A stretch of DNA of 64,000 nt from an uncultured Candidatus Saccharibacteria bacterium (GCA_964371255.1 CAYJKV010000001.1:163140-227139), one strand, 5' to 3'; counted from the stretch's first letter, positions 1 through 10,860 are shown. Program-made: numbers and translations. Notes: generated by a model not told the origin, from the letters alone.

Positions 1-424
1 TCTTGACAGTGATGGCATAAGTCAAGGAATTGCCAGGGCGAGTGATATCGCGGTGATCCGTTTTTGTGACGGTTAAGCTGGCTTCCTCATCATTATCGTC
101 CTCTGGTTCTGGGCTTGGTTCGGGAGATGGACTGGGTGAAGGTGAGGGACTGGGGCTTGGAGACGGGCTGGGAGACGGTGATGGGCTAGGAGTTGGGGTA
201 GGTGAGGGGCTGGGGCTTGGAGACGGGCTGGGAGACGGTGACGGGCTGGGAGACGGTGATGGAGAGGGACTGGGGGACGGAGTTGGGCTGGGTGAAGGAA
301 CGACGCAAGCAACTGTGTCGTTTGGGCTTAGTAAAGCAAATAAAGTACCGGCCATGGCTACTACGACCATGAAGATTAGGACAACAAAGATCAATTGTTT
401 TTGGTGTTGAAAGTGGTTTTTCAT
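1..424 (-). CDS. Membrane-anchored/secreted protein with Ser-Pro repeat linker and DUF11-like Ig domain (partial, runs off window start)
   Basis: Manual translation from ATG at 424: MKNHFQHQKQLIFVVLIFMVVVAMAGTLFALL (hydrophobic anchor), long (SP)n tract, then LTVTKTDHRDITRPGNSLTYAITVK, a typical DUF11-type repeat start. Absent from the ORF track because no stop lies in the window. Confidence 0.8.
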   Translation of the reverse strand, partial: MKNHFQHQKQLIFVVLIFMVVVAMAGTLFALLSPNDTVACVVPSPSPTPSPSPSPSPSPSPSPSPSPSPSPSPSPTPTPSPSPSPSPSPSPSPSPSPSPSPEPSPEPEDDNDEEASLTVTKTDHRDITRPGNSLTYAITVK

Positions 425-660
425 ACTTATGTTTAGTTAGAGATTAAACCCCCCCGGCTATTGATAATGGATAAAACATGTGATTATCCTCCCTTTGAAC
501 ATTTTTGTCAATAGGAGCAGCTTAGGAGCGGCTAGGGAATGATTTTTCAGGGCAAAGATAGGCGTTGGCCGGGTTAGTGACGCATCAGAAACCTATATAA
601 CAGGAAGAAAAGAGAAAAATTGACGGGGCAAAGTGAACGGAAGCGCTATATAATGATAAG

Positions 661-1410
661 ATGATCAAAAGGGAGAAAATTGAAGGGCTGGTATTATCGC
701 GCCGGAGCATGGGGGAGGCGGATAGACTGATAACCTTATTTACGGCTAATCGAGGGTTGATAAAGGTAATGGCTAAAGGAGTGAGGGTAATGCCTTCGAG
801 AAGAGGCAGTCATATTGAGCCGTTTACGGAGATACTGACGGTGGTGAGCGGTAGTGAAGGAAGATACTGGCTGACAGCCGTGGAAACCAAAGAATACTTT
901 CAGGAGTTACATCAGGACCGAGAGGGGTTGATGCGAGCGCATTTCTTAGCCAGGGCTTTAATTGGATTATTTCATCCTGAGGAGCCACAAGGCCATATAT
1001 ATGAAGCGGTCAGGGATAGTTGGAAAATTTGGCCAAGTTGTGAAAAGGGGCAAGGGTCGATGTTGGAAGTCACTCTTTATTTAATGATTCTGAAAGCGGC
1101 TGGTTATCAGCCTCAATTAGGGAGTTGCCGAGTGTGCGGACGGTCACGAGCAGAGGAGACGATTGTTTTAGACGAAGGTCTGGGTGGTTGGGCGTGTATT
1201 TCATGCCGGTCGTCCTTGGCAGAGGCAAATAACTCTATCACAGTGGATGGCTTAAGGGTTATTAAATATTTGGCAGAAAAACCCAACTTAGCCTTGCGTC
1301 TGGCAATTGATAATGGATTGGGTCAGCAGCTGGAAGAAGCGATGAGAAAATATGTGAGCGGTGTGTTAGATGCGCAATGGCGCGATGCGCGCGTTAAAGA
1401 TTTACGGTAA
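661..1410 (+). CDS. recO: DNA repair protein RecO
   Basis: N-terminal GLVLSRRSMGEADRLITLFT...G.I..MAKGVR motif; C-terminal Zn finger CRVC...CISC. Confidence 0.93.
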   Translation: MIKREKIEGLVLSRRSMGEADRLITLFTANRGLIKVMAKGVRVMPSRRGSHIEPFTEILTVVSGSEGRYWLTAVETKEYFQELHQDREGLMRAHFLARALIGLFHPEEPQGHIYEAVRDSWKIWPSCEKGQGSMLEVTLYLMILKAAGYQPQLGSCRVCGRSRAEETIVLDEGLGGWACISCRSSLAEANNSITVDGLRVIKYLAEKPNLALRLAIDNGLGQQLEEAMRKYVSGVLDAQWRDARVKDLR

Positions 1411-1419
1411 ACTTATAAT

Positions 1420-3435
1420 ATGGCTGAAGAAGCAAATAAACCGGAAGGTAAAAATAACAAAAACAACCAGGCTGAGAGCTGGAGGCCGGGTGAAGAAGGC
1501 GGTATTCAGATGACGCACCGCGGTTTGTATGTACGAGATGAACCGGCTGAGCTTAAAGCCAGACAACAGGAATTACATCGTCTGGGTATTACACGGCATC
1601 CGCGCGGGGACCTGGAACAGACCGGGGATACTTTGGCGTCAACAAAATATAAGAATTTAGTGCTGCAAAGAGCGAAGCAGTGGGGTAAAATTATTCGCTT
1701 TAGCGGATCATTATTGTTAGTAATATTCTTGGCGGTCTGGGCGGTAGTGGCCTTATTGTGGTACCGCTCACGCGTGACGGTAACGGAGGAACAAGTCAGT
1801 ATCAGGATTGAGGCACCGGCGGAATTCACGGCCGGTGAGGAGATTATTTATAAGATTATTTATAAAAATGATAGTCGAGTAGCGTGGCAGAATGTAGAGT
1901 TGGTGGTAGCGCCCCCCAGGGGTTTTATTTACCGTGGCAGCAACCAGGCAGTAGAGGTGTCGGGAAAAAACGTCATCTGGCGACCAGGTGATTTGACTAG
2001 CGACCAAGGCGGTGAGCTGCATGTGCGAGGACAATTAATCGGCGAGCAAAATGAAACGGCTACATTTAAAACGGACATTATTGTGACACCGATAAATTTT
2101 CCCAGTGGACGTTTTGTGAAGTCAGCGGTGATGGCAACGACGATCACGGCTTTGCCTCTGGAAGTGGCTTTAGATATACCCAGGGATGCGGCGAGCGGCG
2201 AACGAGTGAGGGCTGGTATCCATGTCAGAAACCTAAGCAATAATGTGCTAGGTGATATTTATTTACGATTAAAACCGGCCGACGGTGTGGAATTAGACAC
2301 AGAAGACCCTGAATTTACGTCTGGTTATTTTAGTGTGCCAGGCGAATGGCGGATAACGACGCTTAATTCTCTGGAGAGCAAAGAATTTGATTTTGTATTT
2401 TATTTAACCGGACAACCAGGGGAAACTAGGATAGTCGATGTGGAGGCGGGGATTAGGCAAAACGACGAGGATTTTACGCAGCGTAAATTAACGCATGTGG
2501 TGGCGGTGTCCGCCAGTGAGGTGTTGGTGGAACAAAGGTATAACGGTGAGACTGGTCCGTTGGTAATTACCGCTGGGCAAACGGTTAATGGCGAGGTTAT
2601 TTATAGCAATGTCGGTACGGTTGGATTAAAAGGCGTGATTGTAAAAGTAAGTTTTGAAGGTATTGGTTTTGATCCCGCTACCCTGGAGTTATCCGGCGGG
2701 GCATACAGTTCGGCTGATCAAACAATTACCTGGTCGGCGGCGACTGTGCCGGAGTTGGCGGTCGTGCAACCGCAGCAGGCAGGGGTGATCAAATATAAAT
2801 TTAAAACGCTGGAAGCATCACGCTATCCGGCGATGGGCGTCGGATCAAAGAATAACATTATTGTTAGTATGGCTACGGTGGACAGTCCCGATATCCCAAC
2901 CCCAGCCGGCGGAGAAAAGAAAGTGGTATCAAGCCGGGCCGTTTTGTCACTGCGCACAGATTTAAGTTTGGGTGTAGACGCGTTTTATGATGATGGGAGA
3001 TTAGGTATTAAAAGTACAGGACCGGTGCCGCCTGAAGTGGGTCAAACAACATCGTATACTGTACGTTTTCGTGTGGGCAGCAGCTTGAATGATGTGTCTG
3101 ACATGAGACTGACAGCAGTGCTCCCTGATGGCATAAGGTATACAGGCCAATCGTATAAAACAGGCGGAGATATGACTTTTAGCGATCGCACAGGGGAGCT
3201 GGTATGGTCGTTGCCGTTGGTGGAAGGAGGAGTGGGCCGGACTAAACCGCCACAAGAGCTTCATGTCCAGGTGTCGATCACGCCCGGTGAAGATTTGCGC
3301 GGGGCGGCCGTGGCTTTCCTGAACCAGGCTGCCTTAGTCGCGACTGATCAGTTCGTGGACGAGAGTATAAATGAAACGACTAAGAATTTCCCATCCACAG
3401 AAACGGCGGTGGTAGGGAAAGGCATGGTGCAATAG
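1420..3435 (+). CDS. Single-pass membrane protein with repeated Ig-like (DUF11-like) extracellular domains
   Basis: One TM helix near aa 95-115, then repeated beta-rich modules (AGEEIIYKIIYKN, GQTTSYTVRFRV, LPDGIRY). Confidence 0.65.
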   Translation: MAEEANKPEGKNNKNNQAESWRPGEEGGIQMTHRGLYVRDEPAELKARQQELHRLGITRHPRGDLEQTGDTLASTKYKNLVLQRAKQWGKIIRFSGSLLLVIFLAVWAVVALLWYRSRVTVTEEQVSIRIEAPAEFTAGEEIIYKIIYKNDSRVAWQNVELVVAPPRGFIYRGSNQAVEVSGKNVIWRPGDLTSDQGGELHVRGQLIGEQNETATFKTDIIVTPINFPSGRFVKSAVMATTITALPLEVALDIPRDAASGERVRAGIHVRNLSNNVLGDIYLRLKPADGVELDTEDPEFTSGYFSVPGEWRITTLNSLESKEFDFVFYLTGQPGETRIVDVEAGIRQNDEDFTQRKLTHVVAVSASEVLVEQRYNGETGPLVITAGQTVNGEVIYSNVGTVGLKGVIVKVSFEGIGFDPATLELSGGAYSSADQTITWSAATVPELAVVQPQQAGVIKYKFKTLEASRYPAMGVGSKNNIIVSMATVDSPDIPTPAGGEKKVVSSRAVLSLRTDLSLGVDAFYDDGRLGIKSTGPVPPEVGQTTSYTVRFRVGSSLNDVSDMRLTAVLPDGIRYTGQSYKTGGDMTFSDRTGELVWSLPLVEGGVGRTKPPQELHVQVSITPGEDLRGAAVAFLNQAALVATDQFVDESINETTKNFPSTETAVVGKGMVQ

Positions 3436-3515
3436 CAGGGAATCTTGAAGAAGCCGTGGGCGAGACTTTTTAGCGGGATGAGAAAATTATAAGCCTCTTA
3501 CAATAAATAAATGGA

Positions 3516-4061
3516 ATGGCTGGATTTTTAAACACACAATTGTTTGGTGGGTCTAGTGCTAGCAAGGAGAGAGCGGAGAAACGGCAACGGCGGCAGCGGG
3601 CAATGAATATGGCGCGGCGAGGGGGATTGCAGGGATTGGTAGAACGTTTTGATCCTCTTAAGAAAGATCAACTGGGCCTTGAGAGGCAGCAGCAGCAAAA
3701 GTTAGTACGTGACCAGTATTTTCGGGATAAACAGAGAAAACATGTGGAGGAGAGGCGGGCAGAGGAGCAATTAAAGCGGCAGATGCACAGGAAAAAAGAG
3801 GAAATTGCCAATTATTACCGGGTGGGAGAACTGAGGAAGACAGATGCGCGTTGGGAATCGGCAAGCCTAAAAGCGCAGCGTAAATATGGCCGTTACGAAC
3901 AGAAAGTGCAGCAGAAACATCATCGCCAATGGTTACAAACGTTTAGGAGAATGAGGATGCAGCGAGATAAACAGTATCGGCAGATTACAAAAAATATTAA
4001 AAAGGACATTCGGCGCAGCCGCGGCTTGCCGGATAAAATGCAAGGGCCGTGGAATATATGA
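3516..4061 (+). CDS. Hypothetical highly basic Arg/Gln/Lys-rich helical protein
   Basis: 181-aa ORF on the main coding strand filling the gap between genes; no recognisable motif. Confidence 0.55.
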   Translation: MAGFLNTQLFGGSSASKERAEKRQRRQRAMNMARRGGLQGLVERFDPLKKDQLGLERQQQQKLVRDQYFRDKQRKHVEERRAEEQLKRQMHRKKEEIANYYRVGELRKTDARWESASLKAQRKYGRYEQKVQQKHHRQWLQTFRRMRMQRDKQYRQITKNIKKDIRRSRGLPDKMQGPWNI

Positions 4062-4185
4062 GAAATTTGAATAGAGGGTAAGGATCTAAATCTGCGTTGA
4101 ATGAGGAAAAGGTCAGTAGGTCTGGACAGGATGGTGTTGTAGACTTACTGTACGGAGGTTAAGCGATAAAAAGGATTACCTAATA

Positions 4186-5493
4186 ATGGAAAAGATCATA
4201 AATTTAGCAAAAAATCGGGGGTTTATATATCCTAATTCAGAAATTTATGGGGGATGGGCTAATACTTGGGATTATGGTCCGTTGGGAGTTGAATTGAAAA
4301 ATAATGTTAAGCAGGCGTGGTGGAAACGGTTTGTGCAAAGCCGGTTAGATATGGTGGGGCTGGAAACAGCTATCATTATGAACCCGAGAGTCTGGGAAGC
4401 GAGCGGCCATGTTAAAGAGTTTACTGACCCGTTAGTGGAATGCAAAACCTGTCACGTGCGGTCGCGGGCTGATGAATTAAAAGCCGAGGGTGTCTGTCCG
4501 GCCTGCGGGGAAAAAAGTTTAACTAAGCAGGCGAATTTTAATCTTTTATTTAAGACGTTTGTCGGGCCCAAAGAAGACGATGCGGCCGTGGCATATTTGC
4601 GACCGGAGACAGCCCAGGGTATGTTTGTCGATTGGCCGGCGGTCTTGGCCTCGACTCGTAAGCGGTTACCGTTTGGGATCGCGCAAATTGGCAAGGCTTT
4701 TCGCAATGAGATCACGCCCGGTAACTACATATTTCGTACGCGGGAGTTTGAGCAAATGGAAATTGAGTATTTTATTGAGCCGCAAAACTGGGAGGCGGCG
4801 TTTGATGAATGGCTGAAGGAGATGCGGGCTTGGATCGAGTGGTGTGGGATTGATAATAAATTAGTGAAGGAAGTGGAGATTGGTGAGGGGGATCGGGCTT
4901 TTTATTCCCAACGCACAGTGGACATTGAATTCGTGTGGCCGTTTGGGCAGAAGGAGTTATACGGCTTAGCTTATCGGAGTGATTACGATTTGAACATGCA
5001 TGCTAAGCAGTCCGGCCGTGAAATGAATTACCTTGATACGAAAACAGGCAATAGATTTGTACCGCATGTCATTGAACCAACTTTTGGCGTAGAGCGGACG
5101 GTACTGGCGATGTTGGTGTCAGCTTACCGTGAAGAAGACGTGAAAGGTGAAAAGCGAGTGGTGTTGGGGTTACCGGGATGGGCGGCGCCTTACCAGATAG
5201 CTGTTTTACCTTTATCCAATAAGCCAGAGCTCATAGACAAGGCGCGCAAGCTGGCTGAGCAATTGGCAAAAAATTACCACTGTGAGTTTGATAGCACACA
5301 ATCAATCGGTAAGCGTTATCGTCGGCAGGACGAGATTGGGACACCATTGTGTGTCACAGTCGACTTTGATACCCTGGAGGACCAAGCGGTCACAATTCGC
5401 GATCGGGATACGATGGCACAGGAAAGGGTAGCAATAACAGCAGTGAACGCGCGCTTGGGCGATAAGTTAAAGGGGTACAGTGTTTCTAAATAG
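4186..5493 (+). CDS. glyQS: Glycine--tRNA ligase (alpha2, GlyQS type)
   Basis: Motifs DYGPLG, YLRPETAQG, IAQIGKAFRNEITPGNYIFRTREFEQMEIE, VIEPTFG, SIGKRYRRQDEIGTP. Confidence 0.97.
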   Translation: MEKIINLAKNRGFIYPNSEIYGGWANTWDYGPLGVELKNNVKQAWWKRFVQSRLDMVGLETAIIMNPRVWEASGHVKEFTDPLVECKTCHVRSRADELKAEGVCPACGEKSLTKQANFNLLFKTFVGPKEDDAAVAYLRPETAQGMFVDWPAVLASTRKRLPFGIAQIGKAFRNEITPGNYIFRTREFEQMEIEYFIEPQNWEAAFDEWLKEMRAWIEWCGIDNKLVKEVEIGEGDRAFYSQRTVDIEFVWPFGQKELYGLAYRSDYDLNMHAKQSGREMNYLDTKTGNRFVPHVIEPTFGVERTVLAMLVSAYREEDVKGEKRVVLGLPGWAAPYQIAVLPLSNKPELIDKARKLAEQLAKNYHCEFDSTQSIGKRYRRQDEIGTPLCVTVDFDTLEDQAVTIRDRDTMAQERVAITAVNARLGDKLKGYSVSK

Positions 5494-5530
5494 TCCTTAT
5501 TAAAATTGACTAACTATTTTATTTTTTGAT

Positions 5531-6832
5531 ATGTCATCATTTATTGTCAAAGAAAAAGAATTACATGAAGGCTTAAGGGCAGTGTTAATACCACGGCAGG
5601 AGGTGTTGACGGCTACTTTATTAGTGTTGATTGGCACTGGTTCAAGATATGAAACAGACAAGCAGGCTGGCTTATCGCATTTCTTAGAACACATGTTTTT
5701 TAAAGGGACAAAGAATCGCCCGACCACGAAAGAGATAGCGGAAGCAATTGATAATATCGGGGGCGAATTCAATGCTTTTACTGGTGAGGAATACACCGGG
5801 TTCTACGTTAAAGTGGCGGCCACGCAATTACCAACAGGGATGGACGTAGTGGCTGATATTCTATTGAATCCATTATTTCCCGCTGAGGAAATTGAACGGG
5901 AGAGAGGAGTGATAATTGAGGAAATACGAATGTATACGGATGCTCCCATGCACCACATCAGCCATTTGTGGCAAGAAGCATTGTTCGGTCACCACCCGTT
6001 AGGGCGCAGAATAGATGGATCAATCGCGACGGTGTCCAGGTTCAAACGCAGTGATTTTATGAAGTACACCAGCACACATTACCATACCAGGAATGCGGTG
6101 GTAGCGGTGGCCGGCAATTATGATGAAGACAGAATTATGGATTTGTTGCAGAGCATGTTTGCCGCATTGCCGGGAGGTCTGGAAACGTCACCAAAACGAG
6201 CGCCCAAGACAATGCCTCACGTGAATATTGTCACCGAGGTACGAGATAATATCGATCAAACACATATGATCGTGGGTGTACCAGGAGTGAGCTTGGAGGA
6301 TAAGAGAAGATTTGCGGCCAATTTACTGGCGATAATTTTGGGAGGAGGCATGAGCAGCCGTTTGTTCTTATCGGTTAGGGAAAGGCATGGTTTGGCTTAC
6401 GCCGTGCAGACGGGAGTGCAAGCTTATATGGATGCTGGCGGTTTCGCGACACAATTAGGGGTACGAAGTGAAAAAGCTGATGAAGCGCTGCGATTAGTAA
6501 TGGAAGAATATGACCGGGTACAAGATGAATTGGTAACAGAAGAGGAGTTAAAAAAGGCGTTAGAAATGATCAAGGGAAGGCTATTGTTAGATTTAGAGGA
6601 GACTAATGCCTTGGCGCAATTTACTGGGGTACAAGAATTGTTGCAGGGAAAAGTTGAAACACCGGAGCAGTTAATGCAGGAATACAGTATGGTAACGGCT
6701 GAACAAATTAAGCAACTGGCGCGGGAATTATTTGTAAACAAGAAACGTGCCGTAGCCGTATTAGGATCAAGTAAGTCGGTGGAGCGTGTGCGGCAGGAGG
6801 CGGCTAAAAGCCTGGATAAAGCTAAAGAATAA
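5531..6832 (+). CDS. M16 family (pitrilysin-like) zinc peptidase
   Basis: Inverted zincin motif HFLEH, NAFT, LGGGMSSRLF..VRE..GLAY. Confidence 0.93.
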   Translation: MSSFIVKEKELHEGLRAVLIPRQEVLTATLLVLIGTGSRYETDKQAGLSHFLEHMFFKGTKNRPTTKEIAEAIDNIGGEFNAFTGEEYTGFYVKVAATQLPTGMDVVADILLNPLFPAEEIERERGVIIEEIRMYTDAPMHHISHLWQEALFGHHPLGRRIDGSIATVSRFKRSDFMKYTSTHYHTRNAVVAVAGNYDEDRIMDLLQSMFAALPGGLETSPKRAPKTMPHVNIVTEVRDNIDQTHMIVGVPGVSLEDKRRFAANLLAIILGGGMSSRLFLSVRERHGLAYAVQTGVQAYMDAGGFATQLGVRSEKADEALRLVMEEYDRVQDELVTEEELKKALEMIKGRLLLDLEETNALAQFTGVQELLQGKVETPEQLMQEYSMVTAEQIKQLARELFVNKKRAVAVLGSSKSVERVRQEAAKSLDKAKE

Positions 6833-6873
6833 GGAAGTCGCATCTGGTGAAGGGTGTGGGGTATAATAAAACC

Positions 6874-7917
6874 ATGAAATTGAAAGCCTTAAAAAAAATA
6901 GACATTTCATCGAGCACCATCTTCAGGGTGATACTTATCTTACTGGGTTGTTGGTTCATTTATCAGGTATTTGATATTGTCATCATGCTGTTCGCGGCTT
7001 TTATTGTTGCTTCGCTGGTAGAACCGATCGCGAAGTACTTTGACCGCTGGAAGATACCGAGGGCATTGTCAGTGATTGTGTTTTACATACTGGTGCTGCT
7101 GTTACTGGCGGGATTGGTAACTTTAATAGTAGAGCCCGTGGCCGTCCAATCGCGGCAGTTGGCCACCGTGGTGCCGAACGTGATTAATAGTTTGAACGAT
7201 CTGACTCCGCTGATACCAAGAATTGAACAGGCGGCCTTAATCGATTCAATCCAGTCAGGCTTACTGAATTTTGGTGAGAATATTGCGAACTTAAGCTGGA
7301 ACGTCTTTACCGGGACCAGGTCGGTCATTACTGGATTTGTCAGCTTCTTATTTGTGTTTGTGATCGCCTTGTATTTAGTTGTAGAAAGAGACGCACTGAA
7401 GAAGTTGGCGAAGTTATTAACACCGGCTGAGCACTATCCTTATGTAGCACGAATGATTGAGCGGGCGCAGAAAAGCGTCGGGCGGTGGGTGGTAGGGCAA
7501 ATTGTGTTGGGTTTGCTGGTGGGATCGCTGGTGGGGGTCAGTATGTGGATGATTGGCGTCCCCTACGCGCTGCTGCTGGGTATTTTGGCCGGGGTGTTGG
7601 AACTGGTACCCGCCATTGGTCCATTGATAGCCGCCACGCCGGGAGTGTTGGTGGCGTTGACGCAGGGTTGGGTGATCGGGCTGACGGCCTTTATCGTGTA
7701 CGTGATTATCGGGCAAGTAGAAAGCCATGTTTTGATTCCCAATGTGATGCGACGAGCAGTAGGTTTACCGCCACTGGTAACGATTATTGCCGTGATTTTA
7801 GGCGCTAGGCTGTTGGGCGTGCTGGGTATTATTTTGGCGGTACCAGCCGCAACAATCATTGCAATTTTCTTGTCTGATATTGCCCGTATAGATAGCGCCG
7901 AGGAACTCAGCGGTTAA
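6874..7917 (+). CDS. AI-2E family transporter (PerM-like)
   Basis: Multi-TM protein with LELVPAIGP, ES..LIP.VM and GIILAVP motifs; ATG at 6874 follows TATAAT. Confidence 0.88.
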   Translation: MKLKALKKIDISSSTIFRVILILLGCWFIYQVFDIVIMLFAAFIVASLVEPIAKYFDRWKIPRALSVIVFYILVLLLLAGLVTLIVEPVAVQSRQLATVVPNVINSLNDLTPLIPRIEQAALIDSIQSGLLNFGENIANLSWNVFTGTRSVITGFVSFLFVFVIALYLVVERDALKKLAKLLTPAEHYPYVARMIERAQKSVGRWVVGQIVLGLLVGSLVGVSMWMIGVPYALLLGILAGVLELVPAIGPLIAATPGVLVALTQGWVIGLTAFIVYVIIGQVESHVLIPNVMRRAVGLPPLVTIIAVILGARLLGVLGIILAVPAATIIAIFLSDIARIDSAEELSG

Positions 7918-7954
7918 AAAATAGACGAATTAAGGGCAGAACCACTGCTTTGTT

Positions 7955-8395
7955 TTAAATCACTATTAATAAGACAATTGTGATCAGCGCTATTTGTGAT
8001 ATCAGACCAAGCGCAATATTAGTGGTTTCCCATTGGATGTAGTCATGAAAATGAAATAAGGGATAGACAAATCGCCACCAGCCTTTAGTGGGCTGCCCGG
8101 CAAAGTACCAGAGGCTTTGTATGATGTCTGGCATATTACCGCCGAGGATAGTGGCCAAGATTGGCCATGACAGGAACCTATCGCCCAGTAAAAAGAAAGC
8201 GACAAGCAGGCCGAAGCTAATATCCAGACTTACTTTAAAATAGGGGAAATGGCCACGACGGGGAGGATATATATTCCAATGTAAAAAACTATCTAAAACA
8301 AAATGGAAACCAAAAGCTAAAAGAAAAATGGATATGGGGTGGAGGGGCAGGAGACCGAAGGGAAGACTAATAATAGTGTGAGCGAGTGAGAGCAT
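7955..8395 (-). CDS. Small membrane protein, possible metal-dependent hydrolase-like
   Basis: About 4 TM segments with His/Asp motifs (HTI, HFVLDSFLHW, PD, FHDYIQ). Confidence 0.6.
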   Translation of the reverse strand: MLSLAHTIISLPFGLLPLHPISIFLLAFGFHFVLDSFLHWNIYPPRRGHFPYFKVSLDISFGLLVAFFLLGDRFLSWPILATILGGNMPDIIQSLWYFAGQPTKGWWRFVYPLFHFHDYIQWETTNIALGLISQIALITIVLLIVI

Positions 8396-8505
8396 ACCAA
8401 AGTTTTAACAATAATAAGCCAAAAAGCAATCTAATATTAAGTTAGTATATATGAGGTTAACAGGACTTTGTAGTTTTTTAATAGTAATGTCTAATTCTAA
8501 TAGCT

Positions 8506-9291
8506 ATGTTTGATTCACATGCCCACGTCGCAGATGGGAGGTTTGACGATGATCGGCTGGCCGTGACGCAAAGAGCGCGTGAAGCTGGTTTAACCGGATG
8601 GCTGGAAATAGCCAGTACAGTGTTGGGGAGTAAAGAAGCAATTGCTTTGGCGGAACGAACTGGAGGAGTGTTGGCGAGTATTGGTGTGCACCCGGAAGAA
8701 ATTGGAACGATCCAAGAGAAAGACTGGCAAATTTTGGATAACTTAGCGAGTAAGGAAAAGGTAGCAGCTATTGGTGAGGTTGGTTTAGATTTTCATCGCG
8801 ACGGCAACTATGAAAAACAGATAATCATTGTGGAAAAGTTTGTGGCCTTGGCTGTTAAGCATAAGAAACCGATTGTGTGGCATCTGAGGAGCGGCCAGGG
8901 GTTAGACGCGAACGACTTATTGCTTGATTATTTAGGCAGTCTGTCGGCGGATATAAGACCACGAGGCGTAGCTCACACTTTCAGCGGGACGGTTGAGCAA
9001 GCAGCCAGATGCGTGGAATTAGGTTTAAATATTGGCATATCCGGTATTGTGACGTTTAAGAACGCGGGGAGGCTATTAGATGTCGTGCGCACGATTGAAC
9101 TGAAACATCTGTTGATTGAGACTGATTGTCCTTATTTGGCACCGGAGCCTTGTCGGGGACAGCGTAATGAACCGGCGTACGTGAGGTTTATTGCGGAAAA
9201 AATCGCCCAATTGAAGGAAATGGATGGGGAGGAAATCGCTTTGACCACCGAGCGAAATTTTTGGAAAATGATTGGGAGAGAAGAAGTTTGA
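8506..9291 (+). CDS. tatD: TatD family deoxyribonuclease
   Basis: DSHAH, GVHP, AIGEVGLD, ETDCPYLAP, RNEP. Confidence 0.95.
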   Translation: MFDSHAHVADGRFDDDRLAVTQRAREAGLTGWLEIASTVLGSKEAIALAERTGGVLASIGVHPEEIGTIQEKDWQILDNLASKEKVAAIGEVGLDFHRDGNYEKQIIIVEKFVALAVKHKKPIVWHLRSGQGLDANDLLLDYLGSLSADIRPRGVAHTFSGTVEQAARCVELGLNIGISGIVTFKNAGRLLDVVRTIELKHLLIETDCPYLAPEPCRGQRNEPAYVRFIAEKIAQLKEMDGEEIALTTERNFWKMIGREEV

Positions 9292-9397
9292 CTGACTGAA
9301 ACGGGAAAGAAACGCGCGTAGAAGCGTCTAGTGAGGATGTGACAAGGCTGTGACTAAATAAGTAGCCGAGGCGACTTTGGTTTAGTATAGTAGATGA

Positions 9398-10747
9398 ATG
9401 AAGCGAACAAGATTAGAACTGGGTGATGAGACAGGAGTAAAAAGGTGGTTCAATCGGGCAGAAAAGGGAGAGATGAAGCCTTTGGCAGCCCGCAGCCGTC
9501 CCATGGACTGGAACGGCTTTATCGGTCATGACAAAGTGGTTGGGCGGGGGACGGGACTGAGAAAAGCTATCGAACAAGGAACGGCCGGGTCGTTGATATT
9601 GTGGGGACCGCCGGGTGTGGGCAAGACCACCTTGGCATATATTATTGCCAAGTACATGAGAGCCAAGGCGGAAAGAATTAGTGCCGTGGCAGCCGGCGTC
9701 AAGGAACTGCGGGTGGTGATTGATCGAGCGATCGAATGGCAAAAAATTGACCAGCGGACAGTTTTGTTGGTGGACGAAATTCATCGTTTCAACAAAGCGC
9801 AGCAAGATGTCTTGCTGCCATATGTGGAGGAAGGGCTGGTCACGTTGATTGGCGCGACCACAGAGAACCCCTATTTTGAAGTTATCGCCGCGCTGGTATC
9901 CCGAGCGGAAGTAGTGCGTTTGGAACGTCTAACAGACAAGGATGTGAGCCGAATAATAGACCGAGCGCTTAGGCAAGGAGCGGAAGACGCAAAAATTGTA
10001 ATGAGCGCACCGGCCAAGAAAGCCTTAGTGACTATGGCTGGTGGGGACGCGAGACGAGCCTTAAATATTTTAGAGAGAGCGTCTTTGGTCGGACGAGGCA
10101 AAAAAATTGAACAAAAGGATATTGAGTCAGCCGCACAACAATCGGTCGTGCATTATGACAAGGGCGGTGACGCGCATTACGATACGATTTCCGCGTTCAT
10201 AAAAAGTATGCGCGGGTCAGACGTGGACGCGGCGCTGTTTTATTTGTTTAGAATGCTAATGGCTGGGGAAGATCCTAAGTTTATAATGCGCCGGATGTTT
10301 ATTTTCGCGTCGGAGGATATTGGTAATGCCGATCCCCATGCTTTGATGGTAGCGGCGGGTGCGTCACAGGCGTTGCAATGGGTGGGGCTACCGGAAGCGG
10401 AATATGCTTTGGCCCACGCGGCTTGTTATTTAGCGGCCGCACCGAAGAGTAATAAAGTGAAAGTTGCCATGGAAAGAGTTAAGCAGGACGTTGTTCGGCA
10501 TGGCAACGCGGTGCCGCCCGGGCATATAACAAATGCGCCGATTGAAGGGATGAAGAAACACGGGAAAGGAGTTAATTATTTGTATCCGCATGACTGGCCG
10601 GAGGGACTTGTTAAGCAACAATATCGGCCGGATGTGGTGCAGGGGCATGTTTATTATGAGCCGGGGACAGAAGGGTTTGAGAAGGAAGTGAAGAGGAGAG
10701 TGGATAAGGCGAGGGAAATACTTTTCATAAATCCCAATGGCCAATGA
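9398..10747 (+). CDS. rarA: Replication-associated recombination protein A (RarA/MgsA)
   Basis: PLAARSRP, WGPPGVGKTT, DEIHRFNKAQQD, GATTENP, HYDTISAFIKSMRGSD, ASEDIGNADP. Confidence 0.96.
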   Translation: MKRTRLELGDETGVKRWFNRAEKGEMKPLAARSRPMDWNGFIGHDKVVGRGTGLRKAIEQGTAGSLILWGPPGVGKTTLAYIIAKYMRAKAERISAVAAGVKELRVVIDRAIEWQKIDQRTVLLVDEIHRFNKAQQDVLLPYVEEGLVTLIGATTENPYFEVIAALVSRAEVVRLERLTDKDVSRIIDRALRQGAEDAKIVMSAPAKKALVTMAGGDARRALNILERASLVGRGKKIEQKDIESAAQQSVVHYDKGGDAHYDTISAFIKSMRGSDVDAALFYLFRMLMAGEDPKFIMRRMFIFASEDIGNADPHALMVAAGASQALQWVGLPEAEYALAHAACYLAAAPKSNKVKVAMERVKQDVVRHGNAVPPGHITNAPIEGMKKHGKGVNYLYPHDWPEGLVKQQYRPDVVQGHVYYEPGTEGFEKEVKRRVDKAREILFINPNGQ

Positions 10748-10860
10748 CCAATTCCCAATCAAGTTCCAAGTCCCAAATCCCAATGACCGATCTATAACCA
10801 AATTATAAATCCTAAAACCTTAAATCCTTCCTAGGGGATCCCTTCGGGAGAAACAAATAT
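10729..10860 (+). repeat. Degenerate short-period repeat tract (CCAATGA/AAATCCC type) with embedded 22-bp palindrome
   Basis: atcccaatggccaatgaccaattcccaatcaagttccaagtcccaaatcccaatgacc...; contains TTCCTAGGGGATCCCTTCGGGA at 10828-10849. Confidence 0.7.

Noticed and set aside
66-410. + strand Gly-Asp/Gly-Leu repeat ORF
   Set aside because: Antisense shadow of the Ser-Pro repeat in the real minus-strand gene starting at 424.
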